Numbered from the stretch's first letter, positions 31,375 to 41,727 are shown. The stretch: DNA of 64,000 nucleotides from an uncultured virus (IMG/VR IMGVR_UViG_3300037010_001713) (IMGVR_UViG_3300037010_001713), one strand, 5' to 3'. Notes: a model not told the origin generated them from the sequence alone. Translations and numbers: made by a program.

Positions 31375-32240
31375 TAGTGTTTTGGAAAGAATCGCCCGAA
31401 TTTATCTACGATCCGCCCTACAGCCTGGTCGTACAGTGGCGTAAAACACCACAGTAGATCTGGGATATATGTCATGCCGCAGTATCGGTCTACATCGTTA
31501 CACAATTCATCTTCTCCGACGGATTTCCAGTATGAACTGGTACCGCCTGGACAATATACGTCTAAGTGATATTGACCACATGCATGGATACTGGTCCACT
31601 CGGCGTCATAATGTACGTCCCTTACTTTGACGAGGAACTCGTCAATTTCTGTGTATTCTGTGTCTTTTATGATGTTGTATATCTTATCAACATCGTCTGT
31701 GAAAATTTTTGATGTATTTATCTTAACCTTGTTTACGAACACCCCAGTGCGGTCATCGTAAACAAACGGGTCATTATCGGCTTCCGCCTCTATTTTTTCC
31801 CACATAACCCTATCAGAGTCCTGGATCTTTGTAAGATCCAGGACTTCCCTCATATATCTGATAATACCTCTCTTGGTTTTCAGCTTAAGAAGATTGAAGC
31901 TATACAGGTATTCATTGCTCGTGTTCGTGTTAATGCTGCTATAGTTTATCAGTTCTATTGCATCCCTTACGAACTGGATCCCAAATTTTTCTTCGGCTTC
32001 CATGAACCCCTCACAAGCGGGACCTTCGTTCGCCTCATCATCCAATTCACCCCAGATAGCCTTTAAAAGGCCGTCTTGATCGAATTTTGCGAAATCCAAA
32101 ATCTCGCTGAGGTACCGTAAGACACCTCTTTTAGATAACCCGACCAAGTTGTCTCTGTGTGATGCGTCTGCACCATACAGAAATAACAACTCATTGATGT
32201 TGCTGACAAATTTCTTGCCGAATTTTTCCACTAGTTTCAT
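31374..32240 (-). CDS. Unknown paralog family B, copy 3 (duplicated N-terminal module)
   Basis: Two tandem EKFGxxFV...KRGxxRY modules, then the shared C-terminal domain. Confidence 0.85.
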   Translation of the reverse strand: MKLVEKFGKKFVSNINELLFLYGADASHRDNLVGLSKRGVLRYLSEILDFAKFDQDGLLKAIWGELDDEANEGPACEGFMEAEEKFGIQFVRDAIELINYSSINTNTSNEYLYSFNLLKLKTKRGIIRYMREVLDLTKIQDSDRVMWEKIEAEADNDPFVYDDRTGVFVNKVKINTSKIFTDDVDKIYNIIKDTEYTEIDEFLVKVRDVHYDAEWTSIHACGQYHLDVYCPGGTSSYWKSVGEDELCNDVDRYCGMTYIPDLLWCFTPLYDQAVGRIVDKFGRFFPKH

Positions 32241-32264
32241 ATGTAACTCCTTTAGTTTTTATAC

Positions 32265-32317
32265 TTATATACTATGTAACTGAAAAAAAATAAGATAACT
32301 AACTTATACGTATAAGT
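32265..32317 (-). promoter_or_regulatory. Accessory promoter motif with perfect palindrome
   Basis: T8-CAGTTACATAGTATAT; palindrome ACTTATACGTATAAGT at 32302-32317. Confidence 0.7.
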
Positions 32318-32366
32318 CGGTATGTACACCTCAGGATCTATGTTTTATAGATACTAAGGTATGATT

Positions 32367-33155
32367 TTATTCTAGTGTTTGACTTAGATCATAGCACTTT
32401 TCGACTTGACCGATAACTGTATCGACTTCATCAGTACTATAGACTCTCTTTATCTCCGCTATAAGCTCTTCTTTCGTCCAGATATAGCCGCCAAATACTA
32501 TCTTTTTCCTATCTGAGGGTAGGAGGAAGATTATATCAACAGACTCCCTACAAACCTTAATATGTGGATAACCCTTTAGAGGATTCCCATATGTTATTAG
32601 CTCAGTAAGCTGTGTTAGCCCCGTTAACGGGGCTAAATCTTCAACTTCGTTATTATATAGATGCAACTCAGTAAGCTGTACTAATCCCGCTAGTGAGGAT
32701 ATATCAACAAAACCATTGCCGCTAAGCCACAACTCAGTGAGCTGTGCTAACTCCGCGAGTGGTGAAAGATCTCTGATTCTATTATATTGTAGATGCAACC
32801 AAGCTAGTCTGTTTAACCCAGATAGTGGAGATAAGTCTGTTATTCTATTATAACCAATCTGTAGCTCAGTAAGTTGGGTCATCCCAGCCAGCGAGCGTAT
32901 GTTTGGGATATAATTATTTTTAAGATATAGATGCTCCAACTTAGTCATACCTGCAAGCGGGACTAAGTCTTTGATTTTGTTATCGTTAAGACTGAGGACC
33001 GTGAGATGTGTCATCACTGCCAGCGGGGACAAATCTTCAATATCTCTATCATCGAGACGCAGTTCTGTGATAGTTAGACTATCACAGAACGACATACCCG
33101 TTTTCTCCTCCACGCACCGGATGGTGTGACGTTGTGCTGGCGTCAGTTTTTCCAT
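32367..33155 (-). CDS. LRR protein with extra C-terminal domain (LRR-6, ~7 repeats)
   Basis: N-cap HTIRCVEEKTGMSFCD, C-terminal domain shared with LRR-4, 3 bp downstream of family B copy 4. Confidence 0.9.
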   Translation of the reverse strand: MEKLTPAQRHTIRCVEEKTGMSFCDSLTITELRLDDRDIEDLSPLAVMTHLTVLSLNDNKIKDLVPLAGMTKLEHLYLKNNYIPNIRSLAGMTQLTELQIGYNRITDLSPLSGLNRLAWLHLQYNRIRDLSPLAELAQLTELWLSGNGFVDISSLAGLVQLTELHLYNNEVEDLAPLTGLTQLTELITYGNPLKGYPHIKVCRESVDIIFLLPSDRKKIVFGGYIWTKEELIAEIKRVYSTDEVDTVIGQVEKCYDLSQTLE

Positions 33156-33158
33156 TTT

Positions 33159-33773
33159 TTAACTCCTTAATCCATCGTTCGGATAATCATTTAGTTCCTG
33201 TCGGACCCTATTCAGGGCCTGATCATATAATGGGGTGTAGCACCACAATAGCCCCGGAATATGGGTCATTCCGTAATATCTTTCAGACTCATAGCCACTT
33301 ACTCTGGTGTCCCAGTATGTACTGGTACCCCCCGTTGTGTACATATCAAGGTGATGTCTACTGTCGACTTCGACAATAGACCACTCAGAATTATGTGTTT
33401 TGGTGTCTACTTTGACGAGAAACTCATCAAGAGATATGTGCGCTCCGCTCTTGACGATATTGAAGATCTTCTCGGGGTCGTCTGTGAAGATCTTCGTTAC
33501 ATCAGTGCGGACACCGTTAATATATGTTCCAGTGAGATTGCTGACGACTAACATATCTTTGTCAGCCTCCTTCACTAGTTTGTCCCAGAGGTGTCCTTCG
33601 AGACCTCCAAAAGTTTCGGGGTTTATTAATTCTGATAGGTATCTGACGATACCTCTTTTAGTTAATAGGGATTTCAGGGTGAAATCCAGGTCCCTCATAT
33701 GCCCGTAATTTAAATCTATCAAGAGTCTGACACTCTTGATAAATTTTTTTCCAAATATCTTTTCGACTTTCAT
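33159..33773 (-). CDS. Unknown paralog family B, copy 4
   Basis: Same motifs as copies 1-3. Confidence 0.85.
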   Translation of the reverse strand: MKVEKIFGKKFIKSVRLLIDLNYGHMRDLDFTLKSLLTKRGIVRYLSELINPETFGGLEGHLWDKLVKEADKDMLVVSNLTGTYINGVRTDVTKIFTDDPEKIFNIVKSGAHISLDEFLVKVDTKTHNSEWSIVEVDSRHHLDMYTTGGTSTYWDTRVSGYESERYYGMTHIPGLLWCYTPLYDQALNRVRQELNDYPNDGLRS

Positions 33774-33797
33774 TTGTAACTCCTTTTGTTTTTATAC

Positions 33798-33849
33798 TTA
33801 TGTACTATGTAATTGAAAGAAAATAGGATTACTAACTTATGTATATAAG
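33798..33849 (-). promoter_or_regulatory. Accessory promoter motif with near-palindrome
   Basis: TTTTCTTTCAATTACATAGTACAT; CTTATGTATATAAG at 33836-33849. Confidence 0.65.
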
Positions 33850-33906
33850 GCGGGTACACTATAAAAATTAGCACCACAGCCTTAACTGATAACATAAGGA
33901 GTACAA

Positions 33907-34833
33907 GTGGCAGATAAAGTTAAATCTTATGAATATGTGGGTACAGGCACAGTAGTTAAAGGTGTGGATTCAGACGATCAGTATTCTTTTATAGATGTTT
34001 ATTTAGCAGAACTAGTACCAGTAACTGACATACAGGTTGATGGTACTAACTCGAAGAACTCTGTAAATGTCGACGCATTCGGAAAACATACAGCTATATT
34101 AGGTGGTAGTCGGGATATAATAACGGCTAAATGGCTACCAGATGATTCTCGTTCGTTGATATCGCCGTTGGTCGTCAAGGGGGAAACTGTTAAAATATAT
34201 AGATTCGGCGATGGGGATACGTATGTATGGAAAACTATGTATAATGAAGTTGGCGATAGGACCAAAGATCGTTATATGTTTTTTCTGTCAAATAAAGATA
34301 CCGAGACGCTGCCTGATAATAAAGTAAGTAAAGTTGGTGATGGGTATCGTTTTCATTTTAGTTCTCTCTCCAAGATCGTCGAGCTTTTCACTAGTAAAAA
34401 CGATAAAGAACCCTCTACGTATTATTTCGGTATTAATACTAAACAAGCTGCGGTCATCCTAAAGGATTCGCTAAATAACGCTATAGAATTATTATCAACT
34501 AGCGGTCGGTTATCGATAAGTATCAGCAAGCTAATAAAAGTAGCAACTGCTGTTATAGATGTTAAAGCGAAGGATTCGATAACTAGTTCGACAGAGACGT
34601 ACAATACGAAGTCAAAGACGTATAATAACGAATCTTCTGTGTATAGCGTTAAAACTGAGTCGCTTAATATCGTATCGAATAATGAAGATCTTGTGAGCAT
34701 CATAAACGATCTAAACGATATAGTCGGTGGGATGGTTAACATAGATAGTCTTAACGGAAATACTAAAGTGCATCCAGAGACTATTGCTAAGGTGTCAGCT
34801 TTACGAACCCGTATTGGTAAGTTAAAAAGTTAA
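33907..34833 (+). CDS. Putative tail tip/baseplate spike protein (phiKZ gp164-like)
   Basis: OB-fold-type motif ITAKWLP...SPLV.KGE.V.IYRFGD...Y.W, then beta-helix-like S/T/K-rich repeats. Confidence 0.55.
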   Translation: MADKVKSYEYVGTGTVVKGVDSDDQYSFIDVYLAELVPVTDIQVDGTNSKNSVNVDAFGKHTAILGGSRDIITAKWLPDDSRSLISPLVVKGETVKIYRFGDGDTYVWKTMYNEVGDRTKDRYMFFLSNKDTETLPDNKVSKVGDGYRFHFSSLSKIVELFTSKNDKEPSTYYFGINTKQAAVILKDSLNNAIELLSTSGRLSISISKLIKVATAVIDVKAKDSITSSTETYNTKSKTYNNESSVYSVKTESLNIVSNNEDLVSIINDLNDIVGGMVNIDSLNGNTKVHPETIAKVSALRTRIGKLKS

Positions 34834-34872
34834 CGAACACATAGCATTACTATAAATCGTTAAGGAGGTTAA

Positions 34873-36648
34873 ATGTTTAAAATCAACCAGGATACTGTTA
34901 GGACTAACACCCTAACAGTATCCATCGAGAAAATCGATAGGTATGAGAAAATATTCCAGGATATATCGGAGGTTAATGCATATGCTGGATATCAGGTAAT
35001 CTTACCTAATGGATCAACAAAATACATTAGGTATGATGATGTTGACTTAGTGGGTAAATCACTACATATTATCAGTAACAACAGCATCGAGTTCAATGTG
35101 TCAAAAATCTGGTCTCGGAAGAGTAACTCAGAGGAGTTAGCAAACCCTGAGCGGATATTTCAGCTATTGGATAGCTATGTAAAACATCGCGGTAAAGATT
35201 TTGAAGAAAAACTTTATAGCCTATATGCTGAAGCTAGAAAAAAGCTAGACTACAGCATACTTCAGAAGACTCTTAGAAAGTCTATCGAAGTGGTAAGCCC
35301 AGTTATTATGAATATAATAAATCATATCGACACTGGTGCTTTAAGTGAGTTTGTGTTAACAGGCGGTATAGTTAAACCACCTAAATGCTTAATAAAACCA
35401 TGGGATCCAACAGCCGAAACAAACACAAATACTAGAAATAGGACGTATCTAGATACTGATTATATGGATCTAGTAATATATTCTCTGATGGTCAAAAGTG
35501 TCATACCGATCATAGCGGATTTCGGCTATATACATAGTGACCAGTTTAGAGACGGACATATGGAGTACATTATGTTTAATAATATGCTTGATATCCATCC
35601 TCTCAGCGAGCTACCTGGTATGCGTAAACTATTGGCGTTTACTAAGGATTTTGTAATCACCGCAGATATGACTGAAAAAGTCGGTGTGAAGCCAACAAAA
35701 TCTCTGATGATCAGCCGAGAGATATCAGAAGATGATGTACCTACATATGTTGTAGCTGGCGTTATAGTGAAGAGAGTTTCTGCGTTATTGTTCCTTGGGG
35801 ATACGGATGAGAGAAACGCGGTCACTATGGTTAACAAAGCCAACGCTAGTGTATTAAAAAGTGATAAATCAGGAGGAGGTTTAACTAAGAGTAGAACTCT
35901 AACCAGAAGTGGCGGTGGTCAGGATGATTCGGATGATAAAGAATCTTACGCAGATTCCATACTCGTTGAATCTAGATTAACAATTCTCGATGAGGTGTCT
36001 TACAACTTTTACCTTGGTGATTTAAATCGCATTTTTCGAGATATGGGTTTTGATGGTTATGATAAGCTAGAATACTATGCTAGCATAGCTGAAAAAGCTG
36101 CCACAGAACTATTAGATCGAAATTTATCATGGGGACAGGATTATCTGATAGATATCACATTATTGGAGATTATGAAACCAGATAGAGATGGACCAAACAG
36201 TGTTGGTGGTCGGTACGTCAATTATCAGGCTAAGAAAAATGAGGTAATTGCCGTGTTCACTATTATGTGTCTACTCGGGTATGAAAGACTAGCTATCTTG
36301 TTTATAGCTAAGAATATACCATCAGACGGTATCGCTACGATAAATGCATCCCAGAGTAAGGTAGCTCTATCTAAAAACCTAAGGGATGAGTTGTTAAAAC
36401 ATTATCCACTAGGTAAAGAGTCTGGTGGACGTTCATCAACCATCACTCATCCAGCGATAGATAGTGTGTCAATGTTAGTTAACTCTTTTGTCGGTGGTCG
36501 ATGGGTAGAGACTGTGGGAAGTGATTTCATAGTAGAAGTATACGGTATGTATACAAGTAAACTGGTTATCGGCGATCTATTTGATCAGCTGGTTTCTTAT
36601 ATCATAACGCTAAGAGAGCGTAAACAAAACAGGAGGTACACTGTATGA
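34873..36648 (+). CDS. Probable non-virion RNAP specificity subunit (phiKZ gp68-like)
   Basis: TY...DY..L....L..K...PI..DF motif; first of three similarly sized genes matching the gp68-69-70 core block. Recalled, not searched. Confidence 0.45.
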   Translation: MFKINQDTVRTNTLTVSIEKIDRYEKIFQDISEVNAYAGYQVILPNGSTKYIRYDDVDLVGKSLHIISNNSIEFNVSKIWSRKSNSEELANPERIFQLLDSYVKHRGKDFEEKLYSLYAEARKKLDYSILQKTLRKSIEVVSPVIMNIINHIDTGALSEFVLTGGIVKPPKCLIKPWDPTAETNTNTRNRTYLDTDYMDLVIYSLMVKSVIPIIADFGYIHSDQFRDGHMEYIMFNNMLDIHPLSELPGMRKLLAFTKDFVITADMTEKVGVKPTKSLMISREISEDDVPTYVVAGVIVKRVSALLFLGDTDERNAVTMVNKANASVLKSDKSGGGLTKSRTLTRSGGGQDDSDDKESYADSILVESRLTILDEVSYNFYLGDLNRIFRDMGFDGYDKLEYYASIAEKAATELLDRNLSWGQDYLIDITLLEIMKPDRDGPNSVGGRYVNYQAKKNEVIAVFTIMCLLGYERLAILFIAKNIPSDGIATINASQSKVALSKNLRDELLKHYPLGKESGGRSSTITHPAIDSVSMLVNSFVGGRWVETVGSDFIVEVYGMYTSKLVIGDLFDQLVSYIITLRERKQNRRYTV

Positions 36649-38282
36649 GTGGTGTTTATAGTAGAAACGGGGTTTCGAATCAAACTATAACTATAAAAAA
36701 GTTCGTAGCAACAAAACTACCTGAGTTCCACGACGCGTATAAAACGTCGTTTGTCTTATCAGGCAAACCTAAAACTCTCAACAATCTAGATGATATGCTA
36801 GCCCAATCTAGAACCGAGGTAGAGGGGACTGTAAATCCATATATGTTAGCGAACTTAACTCCAAACATATTGCAAACTTCATCTGGATATGTTGGGACCG
36901 CGGATATCCATGGTGGTTGGAAAAACATCAGATTAAGTTTCATGATGATCGTTGATATATCGGTAATGATGTTTCAGGAGATACAACCCAAGGTGACACG
37001 TATGCTATACACAGGCTACACAGAACCCATTGAGCGACGTATGTGGGACCGTATTGCATATAATGTTTCACAGGGTCGTCAATTCAATTTTCCTGATGAT
37101 CTAACATTCATTATCAACAGTAGTACAGAGTACAGTGTCGACGAGGATATGTATGGTGATAAAAGAGTGACGTATAAGGGTAGTTACTCGTTTTCAAACC
37201 CAACAGACATTAACAACGTGTATTCGTTCACTCATGGATACGACAAAGATCCGATTATTTTCAGTACCCCGAGTGATATCCTTACTCAGATAGCTATCGA
37301 TATGGAAACAGACAATAATGCCATTATCATAGGTAATTCTGATGCGACAAATACTCCCAAGATTATTAATCGGAGACATTCGTCGCCGATGGATTTTATA
37401 ACGGAAACTCTTGGGGCTTATGGCACATCTACACTGACAGCTAGCTCATACGATGTTATCGACAAGAGATCTGCTGTTAGTAACGCGGCACGAGATGCTC
37501 ATGGGTCTATTGGAATGTATAATGATCCTCTTATTAAACATTTCAAGCTACGTAACAATTATGCAGCAGTTTTTGATTTTGATACCCTTGGTTCTTTGAG
37601 AGGTCTGACCAACAGTGTCGGGGGTGTGTTTAAACCTATTGTTAATAGTCTATCTGTGTTAGGTAATCCACTAGATACAGACAGTTCTCACGATAGGACT
37701 CCAGAGCACGTTATAGCTGAGACACTATATGAGTTATTGGCCATAACCATGTTACCAAACGGAATCCTTGAATGCGAATTTACTATTCGTAAAGAGGATC
37801 CTAACGACAATATAGACCCCTATACACAGATGTATAGTCGACGTAATGAATATACTGTTAACATCGTTATTAGGAGTATGATTCATAAACTATCTGAGTA
37901 TGAGGCTCAGAAGAGAGTATCGGCTATAGAGAAAGATCTAGAGTTTATACGGCTACCGTATAGCTTCGCCGATTTTGGACCATTTGAGTCTTTTGGTCTT
38001 ATTTCAGTAATTGAGTGGGGCGAGATAACCACAACAATTCTTAGGGGCGGGATCATACAGAACATAGGTGTTCCTGTAGCTATACCTGGGTTTGCGGATA
38101 CTCTCATATCCAACCAAATAACAACTAATGATGGGCACGTAAACCTAGCTAGGTCTTTGCAACATAATGTATTATCTAAATTGGATAATATGTTTGAGTA
38201 TAACTCATACGATATAGACGATGATTCCGTCGATGATCGAGAAGACACAAAAGGAGTAATAGATGAACGATATCAATATTGA
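36645..38282 (+). CDS. Conserved chimallivirus core protein (phiKZ gp69/PicA-Imp1-like)
   Basis: I.GGW...RLSFMM.V....YTGYTE motif and position after the gp68-like gene. Confidence 0.4.
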   Translation: MSGVYSRNGVSNQTITIKKFVATKLPEFHDAYKTSFVLSGKPKTLNNLDDMLAQSRTEVEGTVNPYMLANLTPNILQTSSGYVGTADIHGGWKNIRLSFMMIVDISVMMFQEIQPKVTRMLYTGYTEPIERRMWDRIAYNVSQGRQFNFPDDLTFIINSSTEYSVDEDMYGDKRVTYKGSYSFSNPTDINNVYSFTHGYDKDPIIFSTPSDILTQIAIDMETDNNAIIIGNSDATNTPKIINRRHSSPMDFITETLGAYGTSTLTASSYDVIDKRSAVSNAARDAHGSIGMYNDPLIKHFKLRNNYAAVFDFDTLGSLRGLTNSVGGVFKPIVNSLSVLGNPLDTDSSHDRTPEHVIAETLYELLAITMLPNGILECEFTIRKEDPNDNIDPYTQMYSRRNEYTVNIVIRSMIHKLSEYEAQKRVSAIEKDLEFIRLPYSFADFGPFESFGLISVIEWGEITTTILRGGIIQNIGVPVAIPGFADTLISNQITTNDGHVNLARSLQHNVLSKLDNMFEYNSYDIDDDSVDDREDTKGVIDERYQY

Positions 38283-39723
38283 ATTAACTTTAGGTGAATT
38301 GTATCTGAATATGTTAACAGCGCTAGGTTGTACTGTTGACGATACAGGGGTTATAAGTTTATATGGTAATAATGTTAAGAGTGACGAGGACAGTAACCTC
38401 ACATTCTTATTACCAGTTAAAAATAATATAAAAGACGTGGACGTCCTAGATAAGGCGACTGGTAAGTTTGTTAAGAGTAAACAACTCTTTAATCCGCTCG
38501 ACGAAAACGCACTAAATAACACAACTCCTACACTGAGAATGGTGAAGAGTACTGCGTTAAAAAGGATTAACTATTTGGTGGTTGGTTGTATGGGCTTGTT
38601 ATTGAAATTAGGATCTAACGATCTAGCCAATACATCAGCCCTTAACGTTAATCTGAATAAGTACATAGAGTCTATCAATGGATTGCTTAGACCAAATATG
38701 GCTAATGTAATTGATGATAAAACGGAAAGTATGTTTAAGGTTCTAACGGATGCAGTCATAAACATCGATGGAGGCTTCCTGAAGTGTTTCATCAAGAACA
38801 ACGGTCTGATAGGAGATACTAAATACTTTAAAGTAACTACGCTTTATAGTGATCTATATCGGATGTTTTACGATGCTGAGGACGATAAAACTAAGATAGC
38901 TGAACTCAATGCTCATCTTAGAGAAAAATATGGCGTTAAATTAAACCTCAGACCAAAAGACGTCAGTGTCTTGATCATCATAATGAAAAACGTCATACCT
39001 GACATCCGACATGATGGTAACGTTTACTATGGTAGCGTGGATCAAGAGACTCCTAGTATTTGTTCAGTGTGGTCTTGTTTTTACGATATGGTTAGCGGCG
39101 TGGGGTCTATAGCTGCTGGGTTAGTTACTTCGTTTCCAACACTGGCTGGGCAACTCATCGTTGATCTAAGTGATGTACCGTCTACATTAGACGGGTTAGC
39201 TGTGAAATACAAAGATGAGTTACAGTACATACCAAGGGATAGCCGAAGAGCGATCCGTGTTATTGGCGGACCAGAGACGATCGAAAAGATCGATCATGTC
39301 CGTATCGCTCCAAAAATCCCTGGTCTCGGTGAGAGGCTTAGCGATACCGGTCGAAATATCAATACAACCAGAGTAATCGAACCAGAGGTTGTCCGACCTA
39401 ATCGAGTTACTACTCCCATCGTAGAGCGAGATATAGATCCACTAAGTCGATTAATCAACCGAGGGGGGGATGAAATAGCGAATGGTATGCGTTATATTAG
39501 TGAAAGTCCTCGTCCAGTCAGACCTAGTATGAGGAACTCTGAGCGTTTACCTCAGTCGCGGGAGTATGATACATCTCGAATGCATAATGGATCTAATAGG
39601 TACATGGGTGATATTCGGGACATTAGACCCGACGATCGTTTCACTAGTCAATACGGTCGAGGTAGTGGCGATAGATACAATCGCGGATATGACCGGGTTC
39701 GCGGAGACGATCTGCTATATTAA
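38263..39723 (+). CDS. Conserved chimallivirus core protein (phiKZ gp70-like)
   Basis: LY..ML..LG..VD..G.I and FNPL.EN motifs; low-complexity R/D/P-rich C-terminus. Confidence 0.45.
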   Translation: MNDINIELTLGELYLNMLTALGCTVDDTGVISLYGNNVKSDEDSNLTFLLPVKNNIKDVDVLDKATGKFVKSKQLFNPLDENALNNTTPTLRMVKSTALKRINYLVVGCMGLLLKLGSNDLANTSALNVNLNKYIESINGLLRPNMANVIDDKTESMFKVLTDAVINIDGGFLKCFIKNNGLIGDTKYFKVTTLYSDLYRMFYDAEDDKTKIAELNAHLREKYGVKLNLRPKDVSVLIIIMKNVIPDIRHDGNVYYGSVDQETPSICSVWSCFYDMVSGVGSIAAGLVTSFPTLAGQLIVDLSDVPSTLDGLAVKYKDELQYIPRDSRRAIRVIGGPETIEKIDHVRIAPKIPGLGERLSDTGRNINTTRVIEPEVVRPNRVTTPIVERDIDPLSRLINRGGDEIANGMRYISESPRPVRPSMRNSERLPQSREYDTSRMHNGSNRYMGDIRDIRPDDRFTSQYGRGSGDRYNRGYDRVRGDDLLY

Positions 39724-39739
39724 AAAAGGAGATAAAGCT

Positions 39740-40867
39740 TTGAATAACGGGTCAATACGTACATTAACCCTCAGCGACTTACATTTAGGGCATCGACGTA
39801 ACAAAACCTCTGAGATTGTTAACAATCTCAGAGGTTACTTTAGGAAGTATGATAATAAGTTTAAGCAGCTTGATATTATCTTTTTAGACGGCGATGTCTT
39901 TGACCGAAACCTTACGACATATAGCGACGAGTTCCGCTTAATAGTTAACTGGTTCGGTGATTTAGCCATATATTGCGAAATAAACAATATTAAGCTAAGG
40001 GGACTAGAGGGAACACCATCTCACGATTGGCGTCAACTGTCTGTTATATATGATATGTTAAAAAAACATCGACCAAATCTAGATTTCAAATACTACGATA
40101 CCCTAAGTATAGAAGTTATGAGTGATCTAGATATAAGTATTCTTTACGTTAATGATGAATACCGATCTAATGCGCTAGATACACAAGAAGATATTAAGTT
40201 ATTGTTGAAAAAGAATAACTTAGAGCGTGTTGATCTAACACATATGCATGGTATGTTCACATATCAATTACCGATAGTTTCGAACAGCACTCATTCAGAG
40301 GAGTTCTATATGGGTATAACCAGATGGTCTATTAACATAGGACACATACACACACATAGTGTTTTTGGTAGGATAATAGCTCAAGGCTCCTTTGATAGGC
40401 TAAGGATGAAAGAAGAGGAACCAAAGGGGGGTATTTATGCGACGTATAGAGATGATGGATATGAATATCTGTTTCTGGAGAACACAGAGGCAAAAACCTT
40501 TGATACCATAGACACAGTTGGTCTCGATATTGAAAAAACCCTCAGGAAAATAAAGAAACATATAAGAAATAAGCTTAAGGATTCTTATTTCGCAATAACA
40601 TTATGGTCTGGTAATTCCCAGATCAGTATAGAAATGCTGAAGGAATATCTTGGTCTTGTATTTTTTGAGTATAATTTCCGTTTAGTACCTGTTGATTCAG
40701 AAACAAAACAGGACTATAACAAAATAGATTTCGGTTTCTCTGAAAGTTTCTCAATAACACCCGATAACATAGATAAACTTGTTAACGATGAGATAACAAA
40801 TAGGAAACTGGAAAACTCGAGCATCATACTACTTACTCTAGCAAACATAAAGGATAACCTAAAATGA
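39740..40867 (+). CDS. sbcD: SbcD/Mre11-like metallophosphoesterase nuclease
   Basis: SDLHLG, GDVFD, GTPSHD, HG and GHIH motifs; AAGGAG RBS before TTG 39740. Confidence 0.85.
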   Translation: MNNGSIRTLTLSDLHLGHRRNKTSEIVNNLRGYFRKYDNKFKQLDIIFLDGDVFDRNLTTYSDEFRLIVNWFGDLAIYCEINNIKLRGLEGTPSHDWRQLSVIYDMLKKHRPNLDFKYYDTLSIEVMSDLDISILYVNDEYRSNALDTQEDIKLLLKKNNLERVDLTHMHGMFTYQLPIVSNSTHSEEFYMGITRWSINIGHIHTHSVFGRIIAQGSFDRLRMKEEEPKGGIYATYRDDGYEYLFLENTEAKTFDTIDTVGLDIEKTLRKIKKHIRNKLKDSYFAITLWSGNSQISIEMLKEYLGLVFFEYNFRLVPVDSETKQDYNKIDFGFSESFSITPDNIDKLVNDEITNRKLENSSIILLTLANIKDNLK

Positions 40868-41727
40868 ATCCAAATAAAAAAGACTTCGATGAGAGAACGC
40901 TATCATCTTTCGGCGTATCGGTGGGTACTGGATTAATGTTAGAATCTCTATTTACTCCAAGAACACCTAGGATAGATGATAAGAGGACAATTCCTAATGA
41001 CTACGACTTAACGGGATATACGAAACATTACATCAACGCGTACACACTAATTAGAAATATTATGTCTAGTGTACGTGGCTTTAGTGATGAAGATATCCTT
41101 ACGTCGAAGTATTTAGCTGGTGTGTTAATAGATGAGATGGAAATCATTTCGCGATTATACGACGACGTACTATTAGATCCTGTGTTTTATCTGCCTGTGT
41201 ATAAGGATATAATGCTTGCTATGAACATCGGTAAGCCGAATAAAAAACCAACAAAGTCCAGGGCGATATTAGATGCGATGTACAAAATACGCGATAAAAT
41301 ATCGATTGGCCTAACACCCGATCCTAATATAATCAAGATTAAGTATAAACTTAAAAAAGAGAATACAAAAGCTCTTATAACGACACACATAGCAGTGGAT
41401 CTATGTAATTATGTAAGCTTTAATAAACTAGTCTTATTAGAGTCGAACACTGGAAAGTTCAAAGAACAATCTGAGTGGTGGTCTAAGTTTAAAAAAGATT
41501 CAGTAGAGGATCTAAGCGTCGTACCTTTTTCTGAGACAACTATGTATCTTTTCGGGGACGGATGGGTCGTTATGCCTATATCTACAAACGAAAGAAACAC
41601 AATAACTGGGATGTTGTTGGAAAACGGGGTTAATCCTAATACAAGTTATGTTAGGATGACTGATGTGTTAAAGCAGAATAAAGATATTTATAGATATATC
41701 AGACAACATCGAAAAGTGTATGTTTAA
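40864..41727 (+). CDS. Conserved phiKZ-like hypothetical protein (gp66-like)
   Basis: FGVSVGT.L..E, TL.RN, ITTH..VDL, LLES.TG and FGD motifs; coupled to sbcD. Confidence 0.55.
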   Translation: MNPNKKDFDERTLSSFGVSVGTGLMLESLFTPRTPRIDDKRTIPNDYDLTGYTKHYINAYTLIRNIMSSVRGFSDEDILTSKYLAGVLIDEMEIISRLYDDVLLDPVFYLPVYKDIMLAMNIGKPNKKPTKSRAILDAMYKIRDKISIGLTPDPNIIKIKYKLKKENTKALITTHIAVDLCNYVSFNKLVLLESNTGKFKEQSEWWSKFKKDSVEDLSVVPFSETTMYLFGDGWVVMPISTNERNTITGMLLENGVNPNTSYVRMTDVLKQNKDIYRYIRQHRKVYV

